A DNA stretch of 64,000 nt, taken from assembly GCF_058153355.1 (NCBI RefSeq), contig NZ_CM177019.1; one strand, 5' to 3'. Position numbers and translations under genes: made by a program. Every line of letters begins with the position of its first letter. Position 1 is the stretch's first letter. The notes beneath the pieces were generated by a model, which saw nothing but the letters and a program-made list of their open reading frames with translations, was not told where the DNA came from and did not search any database. Positions 53,517 to 64,000 of this stretch are shown here, in pieces.

Positions 53517-53747
53517 TTGCATTTCGCTCAGCGAGTTCGCGCCCTGGTTGTGTTGAATGGCGTGGCGTTATTGCCTCAATTTGCCTGTAAACAGGGGCTT
53601 GCCAACGGTGAACTGGTGCGCCTGTTCGCACCGTGGAGCGGCATACCCAGACCGTTGTATGCTTTATTTGCCGGGCGAAAGGGGATGCCCGCCATTGCGC
53701 GATATTTTATGGATGAGTTAACCACGCGGCTTGCCAACGGGGTCTGA
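53517..53747 (+). pseudogene. yqfE: C-terminal remnant of a LysR-family regulator (yqfE-type fragment)
   Basis: The 76 codons match only the extreme C-terminal effector domain of LysR proteins (...LPQFACKQGLANGELVRLF...RKGMPAIARYFMDEL). No HTH is present. Confidence 0.7.
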
Positions 53748-53762
53748 ATCGCTTTTTTTGTA

Positions 53763-53887
53763 TATACTCGTCATACTTCAAGTTGCATGTGCTGCGTCTG
53801 CGTTCGCTCACCCCAGTCACTTACTTCTGTAAGCTCCTGGGGATTCACTCTCTTGTCGCCTCCCTGCAACTCGAATTATTTAGAGTA
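53763..53887. repeat. ERIC/IRU element (125 bp), inverted relative to 40453-40577
   Basis: The sequence tatactcgtcatacttcaagttgcatgtgctgcgtctgcgttcgctcaccccagtcacttactt... is the reverse complement of the pgk-fbaA copy with a few substitutions. Confidence 0.9.
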
Positions 53888-53925
53888 TAATGCGAGTGAA
53901 ATTTCATACCACAGGCGAAACGATC

Positions 53926-54585
53926 ATGACGCAGGATGAATTGAAAAAAGCAGTAGGATGGGCGGCACTTCAGTATGTTCAGCCCGGCACCATTGTTGGT
54001 GTAGGTACAGGTTCCACCGCCGCACACTTTATTGACGCGCTCGGCACGATGAAAGGCCAGATTGAAGGGGCCGTTTCCAGTTCGGATGCGTCCACTGAAA
54101 AACTGAAAAGCCTCGGCATTCACGTTTTTGATCTCAACGAAGTCGACAGCCTTGGCATCTACGTCGACGGTGCAGATGAAATCAACGGCCACATGCAGAT
54201 GATCAAAGGCGGCGGCGCGGCGCTGACCCGTGAAAAAATCATTGCTTCGGTTGCGGAAAAATTTATCTGTATTGCAGACGCTTCTAAGCAGGTTGATATT
54301 CTGGGCAAATTCCCGCTGCCAGTAGAAGTTATCCCGATGGCACGTAGTGCAGTGGCGCGCCAGCTGGTGAAACTGGGCGGTCGTCCGGAATACCGCCAGG
54401 GCGTGGTGACCGATAACGGCAACGTGATCCTCGACGTCCACGGCATGGAAATCCTTGACCCAATAGCGATGGAAAACGCCATAAATGCGATTCCGGGCGT
54501 GGTGACTGTTGGCTTATTTGCTAACCGTGGCGCGGACGTTGCGCTGATTGGCACACCTGACGGTGTCAAAACCATTGTGAAATGA
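53926..54585 (+). CDS. rpiA: ribose-5-phosphate isomerase A (219 aa)
   Basis: ORF 53890-54585. Start is [35 protein letters not shown]. Confidence 0.96.
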
Positions 54586-54840
54586 TCTGACGGGGGAATC
54601 TCCCCCGTTAAAAAAATTCTCTTCGTTAAATTTGGTGACATGTGTCACGTTTTTACCTGGCTATTGTCGATTGCTCTAAATAAATCCTCTAATCCAGCAT
54701 ATTCATCCAAGAAAAACCTTTGCGTGATATTTCCTCAACATCGCGACGCAAACGTTCATATTGCCGCAATATTATTTTTTGATATGTTGAAAGGCGGATG
54801 CAAATCCGCACACAACATTTCAAAAGACAGGATTGGGTAA

Positions 54841-56073
54841 ATGGCAAAGGTATCGCTGGAGAAAGACAAGATTAAGTTTCTGCTGGTAGAAGGCGTGCAC
54901 CAAAAGGCGCTGGAAAGCCTTCGTGCAGCGGGTTACACCAACATCGAATTTCACAAAGGCGCGCTGGATGATGAACAATTAAAAGAATCCATCCGCGATG
55001 CCCACTTCATCGGCCTGCGATCCCGTACCCATCTGACTGAAGACGTGATCAACGCCGCAGAAAAACTGGTCGCTATTGGCTGTTTCTGTATCGGAACAAA
55101 CCAGGTTGATCTGGATGCAGCTGCAAAACGCGGGATCCCGGTATTTAACGCACCGTTCTCTAATACGCGCTCTGTTGCGGAGCTGGTAATTGGCGAACTT
55201 CTGCTGCTATTGCGCGGCGTACCGGAAGCCAACGCTAAAGCGCACCGTGGTGTCTGGAACAAGCTGGCAGCTGGCTCTTTTGAAGCGCGCGGCAAAAAGC
55301 TGGGTATCATCGGCTATGGTCATATTGGTACACAGTTGGGCATTCTGGCTGAATCGCTGGGAATGTATGTTTACTTTTATGATATTGAAAACAAACTGCC
55401 GCTGGGCAACGCCACTCAGGTACAGCATCTTTCTGATCTGCTGAATATGAGCGATGTGGTGAGTTTGCATGTGCCAGAGAATCCGTCCACCAAAAATATG
55501 ATGGGCGCGAAAGAGATTTCACTAATGAAGCCCGGCTCGCTGCTGATTAATGCCTCGCGCGGAACGGTGGTGGATATTCCGGCGCTGTGTGACGCGCTGG
55601 CGAGCAAACACCTGGCAGGTGCGGCAATCGATGTCTTCCCGACGGAACCGGCGACCAACAGCGATCCATTTACCTCTCCGCTGTGTGAATTCGACAACGT
55701 CCTTCTGACGCCACATATTGGCGGTTCGACTCAGGAAGCGCAGGAGAATATCGGCCTGGAAGTTGCGGGTAAATTGATCAAGTATTCTGACAATGGCTCA
55801 ACGCTCTCTGCGGTGAACTTCCCGGAAGTCTCGCTGCCACTGCACGGTGGGCGTCGTCTGATGCACATCCACGAAAACCGTCCGGGCGTGCTAACTGCGC
55901 TCAACAAAATTTTTGCCGAGCAGGGCGTCAACATCGCCGCGCAATATCTGCAAACTTCCGCCCAGATGGGTTATGTAGTTATTGATATTGAAGCCGACGA
56001 AGACGTTGCCGAAAAAGCGCTGCAGGCAATGAAAGCTATTCCGGGTACCATTCGCGCCCGTCTGCTGTACTAA
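54841..56073 (+). CDS. serA: D-3-phosphoglycerate dehydrogenase
   Basis: 410-aa ORF MAKVSLEKDKIKFLLVEGVHQKALESLRAAGYTNIEFHKG... Confidence 0.97.
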   Translation: MAKVSLEKDKIKFLLVEGVHQKALESLRAAGYTNIEFHKGALDDEQLKESIRDAHFIGLRSRTHLTEDVINAAEKLVAIGCFCIGTNQVDLDAAAKRGIPVFNAPFSNTRSVAELVIGELLLLLRGVPEANAKAHRGVWNKLAAGSFEARGKKLGIIGYGHIGTQLGILAESLGMYVYFYDIENKLPLGNATQVQHLSDLLNMSDVVSLHVPENPSTKNMMGAKEISLMKPGSLLINASRGTVVDIPALCDALASKHLAGAAIDVFPTEPATNSDPFTSPLCEFDNVLLTPHIGGSTQEAQENIGLEVAGKLIKYSDNGSTLSAVNFPEVSLPLHGGRRLMHIHENRPGVLTALNKIFAEQGVNIAAQYLQTSAQMGYVVIDIEADEDVAEKALQAMKAIPGTIRARLLY

Positions 56074-56093
56074 ATCCCCTTCTCTGAAAATCA

Positions 56094-56125
56094 ACGGGCA
56101 GGTCACTGACTTGCCCGTTTTTTTA
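56094..56125 (+). terminator. serA intrinsic terminator
   Basis: Stem acgggca (56094-56100) pairs with tgcccgt (56112-56118), followed by tttttt. Confidence 0.8.
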
Positions 56126-56254
56126 TCCCTTCTCCACACCGTTGCCGCATTGCGCATTCTACTTTGCGAGTCTGCTCCAGAAAATAAATCAAAGTCAGAT
56201 CAATGCGTTGTGTTTGTTTAATGAGGATTTAGGATGGCGAGGCAGCATAGGGCT

Positions 56255-56390
56255 ACAACGGTAAAGCCCTCACCGAAGCGAGGGCTTGAAGGAGAAGGGT
56301 TATGATGCGACTCGTCATCATACTGATTGTACTGTTACTCATAAGTTTCCCAGCTTATTAACAGTCAGTCACAGGGGAGGAGCAATCCTC
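56255..56390 (-). ncRNA. sibC: SibC antisense sRNA (antitoxin of IbsC); ends approximate
   Basis: Sib RNAs are known to fully overlap the ibs ORF on the opposite strand. The minus strand has a terminator-like hairpin agccctc/gagggct (56265-56286) and a TTGACC -35-like box near 56414-56419. The exact 5' and 3' ends cannot be read from sequence alone. Confidence 0.45.
56302..56361 (+). CDS. ibsC: type I toxin IbsC (19-aa hydrophobic peptide)
   Basis: ATG at 56302 encodes MMRLVIILIVLLLISFPAY*, preceded by ggagaagggtt. The serA-ygfA spacer is the known ibsC/sibC location. Too short for the ORF track. Confidence 0.7.
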   Translation: MMRLVIILIVLLLISFPAY

Positions 56391-56461
56391 CCTTACCCTT
56401 ACTCACTAAATTAGGTCAAAGAATCAACGATGTCAATCAGGGCGATGCAGGTGTGTCGCCC

Positions 56462-57010
56462 TCACCACTCCCAGACTTTCGACGGCGTAACTACTGCAGG
56501 AAGTGGAATATCCCACTCTTCAACGGGGAGTTTTTCTACCAACTGACAATCATGCGCATAACCCACCGGTTGCATTTGATAGCGCTGCCAGTTTTGTAAG
56601 GTCCGATCATAAAAACCACCGCCCATTCCCAGGCGCTGACCGTACTCATCAAAGGCGACCAGCGGTGTGATCAACACGTCTAATCGGGAAAGGGGTAGCA
56701 CGTCACGCACATCCAGTTTTGGCTCATGGATCTTCAACCTGTTCATCACCAGTTCGCTTTGCGGATGGTAATTCAGGAACAGCAAATTACCGGCACTAAA
56801 GGGATGCAAAACTGGAAGATATACGCGCTTACCGGCGCGCCAGAGTTGTTCTATGAGTGGCTGGGTGTCGAGTTCGCCATCAAAAGAGAGGAATACAGCG
56901 ACCGTATGCGCCATCACCACCGGGGGATAAGTCATCATCCGGGTAGCAGCTTGTTGACCCATTTCTTGCTGTTGTTTCGGCGTTAACGCACGACGACGTT
57001 GCCGAATCAT
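56462..57010 (-). CDS. ygfA: 5-formyltetrahydrofolate cyclo-ligase family protein
   Basis: ORF 56462-57064 (200 aa). The K-12-style start MIRQRRRALTP gives 182 aa; the longer start is also possible. Confidence 0.88.
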   Translation of the reverse strand: MIRQRRRALTPKQQQEMGQQAATRMMTYPPVVMAHTVAVFLSFDGELDTQPLIEQLWRAGKRVYLPVLHPFSAGNLLFLNYHPQSELVMNRLKIHEPKLDVRDVLPLSRLDVLITPLVAFDEYGQRLGMGGGFYDRTLQNWQRYQMQPVGYAHDCQLVEKLPVEEWDIPLPAVVTPSKVWEW

Positions 57011-57083
57011 TTTGCGGATTTCTTGTCGATATAATGTCAGTGGGATTTCTGGTAGTTGCGTCATGGCTGGTGCCAGATAAGAA

Positions 57084-57268
57084 GGGAATCTCCGAGATGC
57101 CGCCGCAGGCTGTAACCCTTGAACCCTTGGTTCAAGGTGAATGTGTCGTCACAGTTTTAAGGCTTCTCGGACGGACCGAGCATGCTCACCAACCGCGGAG
57201 CGCCACATTCTTGTGGTATGAAATATCGGCTCAGGGGACTGGCCCGCTTGCGAACATCTCAGAGAAAT
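57084..57268 (-). ncRNA. ssrS: 6S RNA
   Basis: The minus strand reads atttctctgagatgttcgcaagcgggccagtcccctgagccgatatttcataccacaagaatgtggcgctccgcggttggtgagcatgctcggtccgtccgagaagcc...ggagattccc, recognised as E. coli 6S RNA. It lies between zapA and ygfA. Confidence 0.93.
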
Positions 57269-57309
57269 TTTGTCTTCACGGTTACTCTACCACAGTAAAC
57301 CGAAAAGTG

Positions 57310-57705
<396 letters not shown>

Positions 57706-57806
57706 CTATAGCTACCCTGATGAGAAGAGACAAGCCCTTTTCTGGTCCACCAGGGCCCAAAGTGGTAGCATATCATGAATATTCCTCCCTTTGACGACGA
57801 ATGCTT

Positions 57807-58385
57807 ATGTCTATACAGAACGAAATGCCTGGTTACAACGAAATGAACCAGTATCTGAACCAACAAGGGACGGGTCTGACCCCTGCTGAGATGCATGGTT
57901 TAATCAGTGGGATGATATGTGGTGGTAACGATGACAGCTCATGGCTGCCACTGCTTCACGACCTGACGAACGAAGGCATGGCTTTCGGTCATGAGCTGGC
58001 ACAGGCATTGCGCAAAATGCACTCTGCTACCAGCGATGCCCTGCAGGATGACGGCTTCCTTTTTCAGCTTTATCTGCCTGATGGCGATGATGTCAGTGTT
58101 TTCGATCGTGCTGATGCGCTGGCAGGTTGGGTCAATCACTTCCTGCTTGGTCTTGGCGTTACGCAACCGAAGCTGGACAAAGTGACCGGCGAAACCGGTG
58201 AAGCCATCGACGATCTGCGTAACATCGCGCAGCTGGGCTACGACGAAGACGAAGATCAGGAAGAGCTGGAAATGTCGCTTGAAGAGATCATCGAGTACGT
58301 CCGTGTTGCCGCGCTGTTATGCCACGACACCTTTACTCATCCGCAACCGACCGCGCCAGAAGTACAAAAACCGACTCTACACTAA
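57807..58385 (+). CDS. ygfB: UPF0149 protein YgfB
   Basis: ORF 57801-58385. Start [31 protein letters not shown]; the start is ambiguous by 2 codons. Confidence 0.9.
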
Positions 58386-58410
58386 AAACAAAAAACGTAA
58401 GGAGAGTGTT

Positions 58411-59736
58411 ATGAGTGAGATATCCCGGCAAGAATTTCAGCGTCGCCGTCAGGCCCTGGTAGAGCAAATGCAACCCGGCAGCGCCGCGCTGATTTTCGCG
58501 GCACCAGAAGTGACCCGTAGCGCCGACAGCGAATACCCCTATCGTCAGAACAGTGACTTCTGGTACTTCACCGGCTTTAACGAACCGGAAGCGGTGCTGG
58601 TACTGATTAAAAGTGATGACACTCATAACCACAGCGTTTTGTTTAACCGCGTGCGCGACTTGACGGCGGAGATCTGGTTTGGCCGTCGTTTAGGTCAGGA
58701 TGCCGCGCCAGAGAAACTGGGCGTTGACCGCGCACTGGCGTTCAGTGAAATCAATCAGCAACTTTATCAACTGCTTAATGGTCTGGATGTGGTTTACCAC
58801 GCTCAGGGCGAATATGCCTATGCTGATGAAATCGTGAACAGCGCGCTGGAAAAGCTGCGTAAAGGCTCGCGACAAAATCTCACCGCGCCAGCAACGATGA
58901 TCGACTGGCGTCCTGGTGTTCATGAAATGCGCCTGTTCAAATCGCCGGAAGAGATTGCCGTACTTCGCCGCGCGGGTGAAATCACTGCCCTGGCGCATAC
59001 CCGGGCGATGGAAAAATGCCGTCCGGGGATGTTCGAGTACCATCTGGAAGGCGAAATTCACCACGAATTTAACCGCCACGGTGCGCGTTACCCTTCCTAT
59101 AACACCATTGTTGGCAGCGGTGAAAACGGCTGCATTCTGCATTACACCGAAAACGAGTGTGAAATGCGCGACGGCGACCTGGTGCTGATTGATGCTGGTT
59201 GTGAATACAAAGGTTACGCTGGCGATATTACCCGCACCTTCCCGGTTAACGGTAAATTCACTCAGGCTCAGCGTGAAATCTACGACATTGTGCTGGAGTC
59301 TCTTGAAACCAGCTTGCGCCTGTATCGTCCGGGAACGTCCATTCAGGAAGTCACCGGTGAAGTGGTGCGCATCATGGTTAGCGGCCTGGTAAAACTCGGC
59401 ATCCTGAAAGGTGATGTTGATGAACTGATCGCTCAGAACGCCCATCGTCCTTTCTTTATGCATGGCCTTAGCCACTGGTTAGGTCTGGATGTCCATGATG
59501 TTGGTATTTATGGTCAGGATCGCTCGCGCATTCTGGAACCGGGCATGGTACTGACCGTAGAGCCGGGGCTGTACATTGCGCCGGATGCGGATGTACCAGA
59601 ACAATATCGCGGTATCGGCATTCGTATCGAAGACGACATTGTGATTACCGAAACCGGCAATGAAAACCTCACTGCCAGCGTAGTGAAAAAGCCGGAAGAA
59701 ATTGAAGCGTTGATGGCTGCTGCGAGAAAGCAATGA
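58411..59736 (+). CDS. pepP: Xaa-Pro aminopeptidase (441 aa)
   Basis: ORF 58198-59736. ATG at 58411 follows ggagag. Start is MSEISRQEFQRRRQALVEQMQPGSAALIFAAPE. Confidence 0.95.
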   Translation: MSEISRQEFQRRRQALVEQMQPGSAALIFAAPEVTRSADSEYPYRQNSDFWYFTGFNEPEAVLVLIKSDDTHNHSVLFNRVRDLTAEIWFGRRLGQDAAPEKLGVDRALAFSEINQQLYQLLNGLDVVYHAQGEYAYADEIVNSALEKLRKGSRQNLTAPATMIDWRPGVHEMRLFKSPEEIAVLRRAGEITALAHTRAMEKCRPGMFEYHLEGEIHHEFNRHGARYPSYNTIVGSGENGCILHYTENECEMRDGDLVLIDAGCEYKGYAGDITRTFPVNGKFTQAQREIYDIVLESLETSLRLYRPGTSIQEVTGEVVRIMVSGLVKLGILKGDVDELIAQNAHRPFFMHGLSHWLGLDVHDVGIYGQDRSRILEPGMVLTVEPGLYIAPDADVPEQYRGIGIRIEDDIVITETGNENLTASVVKKPEEIEALMAAARKQ

Positions 59737-60911
59737 GCGTAATCATCGTCGGTGGCGGCATGGCGGGCGCGACGCTGGCGCTGGCTATTTCCCGGTTAAG
59801 TCACGGGGCGCTGCCGGTACATTTGATTGAAGCGACTGCGCCAGAGTCACATGCTCATCCGGGCTTTGATGGACGAGCTATTGCGCTGGCGGCGGGTACT
59901 TGTCAGCAACTGGCGCGCATCGGCGTCTGGCAATCTCTGGCTGATTGCGCAACCGCCATCACCAGCGTGCATGTCAGCGATCGTGGTCATGCCGGATTCG
60001 TCACCCTCGCCGCAGAAGATTACCAACTGGCGGCGCTGGGGCAGGTTGTCGAATTGCATAATGTCGGGCAACGGCTGTTTGCATTGCTGCGCAAAGCACC
60101 TGGCGTAACGCTGCATTGTCCGGATCGCGTGGCTAACGTTGCCCGTGCTCAGAGTCACGTTGAAGTGACGCTGGAGAGTGGCAAGACGTTGACGGGGCGT
60201 GTGCTGGTCGCTGCTGATGGCACCCATTCCGCGTTAGCCACCGCGTGCGGTGTTGACTGGCAGCAGGAGCCTTACGAACAACTGGCCGTGATTGCGAACG
60301 TTGCGACTTCCGTTGCGCACGAAGGCCGGGCGTTTGAGCGTTTCACACAATATGGCCCGTTGGCGATGTTGCCGATGTCTGACGGACGCTGTTCGCTGGT
60401 CTGGTGCCATCCACTGGAACGGCGCGAAGAGGTGCTGTCGTGGAGCGACGAGACGTTTTGCCGTGAACTCCAGTCGGCCTTTGGCTGGCGACTTGGGAAA
60501 ATTACCCACGCTGGTAAACGCAGTGCTTACCCGCTGGCGTTAACCCGCGCCGCCAGACCTGTTACCCATCGTACCGTGCTGGTGGGCAATGCGGCGCAAA
60601 CCCTGCACCCGATTGCCGGGCAAGGATTTAACCTCGGTATGCGTGATGTGATGAGCCTTGCGGAAACGCTGACTCAGGCTCAGGCACGTGAAGATGACAT
60701 CGGTGATTACGGCGTATTGTGCCGTTATCAGCAGCGTCGGCAGAGCGATCGCGAAGCAACCATCGGTGTCACGGACAGCCTTGTACATCTTTTTGCTAAC
60801 CGTTGGGCACCGTTGGTTGTCGGGCGCAACCTCGGGCTGATGACGATGGAATTATTCACCCCAGCACGCGATGTGCTGGCGCAGCGCACCCTCGGTTGGG
60901 TGGCGCGTTAA
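59733..60911 (+). CDS. ubiH: 2-octaprenyl-6-methoxyphenol hydroxylase
   Basis: 392-aa ORF with the FAD motif IVGGGMAGATLA. It overlaps the pepP stop. Confidence 0.95.
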   Translation: MSVIIVGGGMAGATLALAISRLSHGALPVHLIEATAPESHAHPGFDGRAIALAAGTCQQLARIGVWQSLADCATAITSVHVSDRGHAGFVTLAAEDYQLAALGQVVELHNVGQRLFALLRKAPGVTLHCPDRVANVARAQSHVEVTLESGKTLTGRVLVAADGTHSALATACGVDWQQEPYEQLAVIANVATSVAHEGRAFERFTQYGPLAMLPMSDGRCSLVWCHPLERREEVLSWSDETFCRELQSAFGWRLGKITHAGKRSAYPLALTRAARPVTHRTVLVGNAAQTLHPIAGQGFNLGMRDVMSLAETLTQAQAREDDIGDYGVLCRYQQRRQSDREATIGVTDSLVHLFANRWAPLVVGRNLGLMTMELFTPARDVLAQRTLGWVAR

Positions 60912-60933
60912 AGGCGGCTTTAAGGAATAAACA

Positions 60934-62136
60934 ATGCAAAGTGTTGATGTAGCCATTGTTGGCGGCGGCATGGTGGGGCTGGCGGTTGCCTGCGGCTTGC
61001 AGGGCAGCGGCTTACGCGTTGCCGTACTGGAGCAGCGCGTACCGGAACCTCTGGCGGCGGATGCACCACCACAACTGCGCGTTTCGGCTATCAATGCCGC
61101 CAGCGAAAAATTACTCACCCGTCTTGGCGTCTGGCAGGACATTCTCTCTCGTAGGGCCAGCTGTTATCACGGTATGGAAGTGTGGGACAAAGACAGCTTT
61201 GGTCACATTTCGTTTGACGATCAAAGCATGGGCTATAGCCATCTTGGGCATATCGTTGAAAATTCAGTCATTCACTACGCGCTGTGGAACAAAGCACAGC
61301 AGTCCTCAGATATCAGCCTGCTAGCCCCTGCAGAATTACAGCAAGTCGCCTGGGGAGAGAACGAAACCTTCCTGACGCTGAAAGACGGCAGCATGTTAAC
61401 GGCGCGTCTGGTAATTGGCGCAGACGGCGCTAATTCCTGGTTGCGCAACAAAGCCGATATTCCGCTGACTTTCTGGGATTATCTGCATCACGCGCTGGTG
61501 GCGACCATTCGCACGGAAGAACCGCATGATGCGGTGGCGCGACAGGTTTTCCATGGCGAAGGCATTCTGGCCTTTTTGCCGCTTAGCGATCCGCATCTTT
61601 GCTCAATTGTCTGGTCACTGTCGCCAGAGGAAGCACAGCGGATGCAGCAGGCAGGTGAAGACGAATTTAATCGCGAGTTAAATATCGCTTTTGATAATCG
61701 CCTGGGCTTATGCAAGGTTGAGAGTGAACGCCTGGTGTTCCCGCTGACTGGGCGTTATGCGCGCCAGTTTGCCGCGCACCGTCTGGCGCTGGTGGGCGAC
61801 GCCGCACATACCATTCACCCGTTGGCGGGGCAGGGGGTGAATCTCGGCTTTATGGATGCTGCAGAGCTGATTGCTGAACTGAAACGGTTGCATCGTCAGG
61901 GTAAAGACATCGGGCAGTACATTTACCTGCGTCGCTATGAGCGTAGCCGCAAGCACAGTGCGGCGCTGATGCTGGCAGGTATGCAGGGATTCCGCGATCT
62001 GTTTTCCGGGGCTAATCCGGCGAAAAAACTGCTGCGTGATATTGGCCTGAAACTGGCCGACACGCTTCCTGGCGTTAAACCACAACTTATCCGTCAGGCA
62101 ATGGGATTAAACGATTTGCCTGAATGGCTGCGCTAA
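60934..62136 (+). CDS. ubiI: 2-octaprenylphenol hydroxylase (VisC)
   Basis: 400-aa ORF with the FAD motif IVGGGMVGLAVA. Confidence 0.94.
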   Translation: MQSVDVAIVGGGMVGLAVACGLQGSGLRVAVLEQRVPEPLAADAPPQLRVSAINAASEKLLTRLGVWQDILSRRASCYHGMEVWDKDSFGHISFDDQSMGYSHLGHIVENSVIHYALWNKAQQSSDISLLAPAELQQVAWGENETFLTLKDGSMLTARLVIGADGANSWLRNKADIPLTFWDYLHHALVATIRTEEPHDAVARQVFHGEGILAFLPLSDPHLCSIVWSLSPEEAQRMQQAGEDEFNRELNIAFDNRLGLCKVESERLVFPLTGRYARQFAAHRLALVGDAAHTIHPLAGQGVNLGFMDAAELIAELKRLHRQGKDIGQYIYLRRYERSRKHSAALMLAGMQGFRDLFSGANPAKKLLRDIGLKLADTLPGVKPQLIRQAMGLNDLPEWLR

Positions 62137-62178
62137 AAATTTCTCTTCTGCTGTTTATTTGATACCCATCACACTTTC

Positions 62179-62209
62179 ATCTCCCGGTTTTTTCGCCGGG
62201 AGATTTTCC
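62179..62209 (+). terminator. ubiI intrinsic terminator
   Basis: Stem atctcccgg (62179-62187) pairs with ccgggagat (62196-62204), followed by tttt. Confidence 0.8.
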
Positions 62210-62583
62210 TCATTTGAAATAAACTAATTTCACCTGCGATTTCGCATTATATTTTCTAATGCCACGAATTTTTGATTTGGTGTTTTTTGACATTTTTTCA
62301 GTTCTTAATGTTGCCTTATTCAAATTAACTTTCTCATCTAATTATCTTTGTATAGAGATTGGTTCTTTTTTTGGTTTTTTATTCTGTTGTGATTTTGGCG
62401 TTTTTTAACCATAAGCTAATGTGATGATCAATTTTACCTTATGGTTAACAGTCTGTTTCGGTGGTAAGTTCAGGGAAAAGAGAACGATTGCGTTGGGGAC
62501 CGGGAGTGGCTCCGATGCTGGGTTTCGTGGTGATAATTTCACCATGAAAAAGTTGTCAGCCCCGCTTATTCAATGAGGACAAG

Positions 62584-63678
62584 ATGGCACAACAGACTCC
62601 TTTGTACGAACAACACACGCTTTGCGGCGCTCGCATGGTGGATTTCCACGGCTGGATGATGCCGCTGCATTACGGTTCGCAAATCGACGAACATCATGCG
62701 GTACGTACCGATGCCGGAATGTTTGATGTGTCACATATGACCATCGTCGATCTTCGCGGCAGTCGCACCAGGGAGTTTCTGCGTTATCTGCTGGCGAACG
62801 ATGTGGCGAAGCTCACCAAAAGCGGCAAAGCCCTTTACTCGGGGATGTTGAATGCCTCTGGCGGTGTGATAGATGACCTTATCGTCTACTACTTTACTGA
62901 AGATTTCTTCCGCCTCGTTGTTAACTCCGCCACCCGCGAAAAAGACCTCTCCTGGATTACCCAACACGCTGAACCCTTCGGTATCGAAATTACCGTTCGT
63001 GATGACCTTTCCATGATTGCCGTTCAAGGACCGAATGCGCAGGCAAAAGCTGCCACACTGTTTAATGATGCTCAGCGTCAGGCGGTGGAAGGGATGAAAC
63101 CCTTCTTTGGCGTGCAGGCTGGCGATCTGTTTATTGCCACCACCGGTTATACCGGTGAAGCGGGCTACGAAATTGCGCTGCCCAATGAAAAAGCGGCGGA
63201 TTTCTGGCGTGCGCTGGTGGAAGCGGGCGTTAAGCCCTGCGGTCTGGGCGCTCGTGACACACTGCGTCTGGAAGCGGGTATGAATCTTTATGGTCAGGAG
63301 ATGGACGAAACCATTTCTCCTTTAGCAGCCAACATGGGCTGGACCATCGCCTGGGAACCGACTGATCGTGACTTTATCGGTCGTGAAGCTCTGGAAGCGC
63401 AGCGTGAACATGGCACAGAAAAACTGGTTGGTCTGGTGATGACCGAAAAAGGCGTGCTGCGTAATGAACTGCCGGTACGTTTTACCGATGCGCAGGGCAA
63501 TCAGCATGAAGGCATTATCACCAGCGGTACTTTCTCCCCGACGTTGGGTTACAGCATTGCGCTGGCACGCGTGCCGGAAGGTATTGGCGAAACGGCGATT
63601 GTGCAAATTCGCAACCGTGAAATGCCGGTAAAAGTGACGAAACCTGTTTTTGTGCGTAACGGCAAAGCCGTCGCGTGA
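62584..63678 (+). CDS. gcvT: glycine-cleavage system aminomethyltransferase (T protein)
   Basis: 364-aa [41 protein letters not shown]... Confidence 0.97.
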
Positions 63679-63700
63679 TTTACTTTTTGGAGATTAATTG

Positions 63701-64000
63701 ATGAGCAACGTACCAGCAGAACTGAAATACAGTAAAGAACACGAATGGCTGCGTAAAGAAGCCGACGGCACTTACACGGTTGGCATCACTGAGCACGCTC
63801 AGGAGCTGTTAGGCGATATGGTGTTTGTTGACCTGCCGGAAGTGGGCGCAACGGTAAGCGCGGGCGATGACTGCGCGGTTGCCGAATCGGTAAAAGCGGC
63901 GTCAGACATTTATGCGCCAGTAAGCGGTGAAATCATGGCGGTAAACGACGCACTGAGCGATTCTCCGGAACTGGTGAACAGCGAACCGTATGCAGGCGGC
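63701..64000 (+). CDS. gcvH: glycine-cleavage system H protein, N-terminal 100 codons (3' end lies outside the window)
   Basis: ATG at 63701 follows ggagat. Start is [49 protein letters not shown]... with the lipoyl-Lys motif ESVKAAS. Confidence 0.93.
   Translation, partial: MSNVPAELKYSKEHEWLRKEADGTYTVGITEHAQELLGDMVFVDLPEVGATVSAGDDCAVAESVKAASDIYAPVSGEIMAVNDALSDSPELVNSEPYAGG

Overview
This is an Escherichia coli-type chromosomal window. Genes were identified by recalling their protein sequences, not by a database search. It runs speC -> gcvH and is collinear with the K-12 map read in reverse complement, as I remember that map. Core genes in order: speC' (partial), nupG, mltC, yggX, mutY, trmB, yggL, yggN, ansB (frameshifted), yggM, hemW, rdgB, yggU, yggT, yggS, yggR, ruvX, yqgE, gshB, rsmE, endA, sprT, galP, metK, yqgB, speA, speB, loiP, tktA, cmtB, cmtA, yggP, yggF, yggD, yggC, epd-pgk-fbaA, mscS, argO, yggE, ygfI, scpC-scpB-argK-scpA, argP, yqfE', rpiA, serA, ibsC/sibC, ygfA(fau), ssrS (6S RNA), zapA, ygfB, pepP, ubiH, ubiI, gcvT, gcvH' (partial). 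Accessory content: three identical 1,280-bp copies of an IS110-family (IS621-like) element, each inserted at the same phase of a REP palindrome (13247-14526 +, 29880-31159 -, 41775-43054 +); a lone SPFH/band-7 gene; a lipoprotein gene between speA and speB; two ERIC repeats; and several REP/BIME clusters. The standout system is the IS element. Its 192-nt non-coding left end folds into a roughly 178-nt RNA with two internal loops. One loop carries the chromosomal target sequence (ATCGGGCCT / GTAG around a CT core). The other carries the element's own joined ends (ACAGTATC / CAAG around the same CT core). This is a bispecific guide ('bridge') RNA for the adjacent DEDD/serine recombinase. A sigma70 promoter (-35 in the right end, -10 in the left end) is assembled only when the ends are joined in a circle. 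From memory, this matches the bridge-RNA mechanism reported for IS621 in 2024, so it is new relative to classical annotation rather than truly unknown. No CRISPR arrays, tRNAs or rRNAs were seen.
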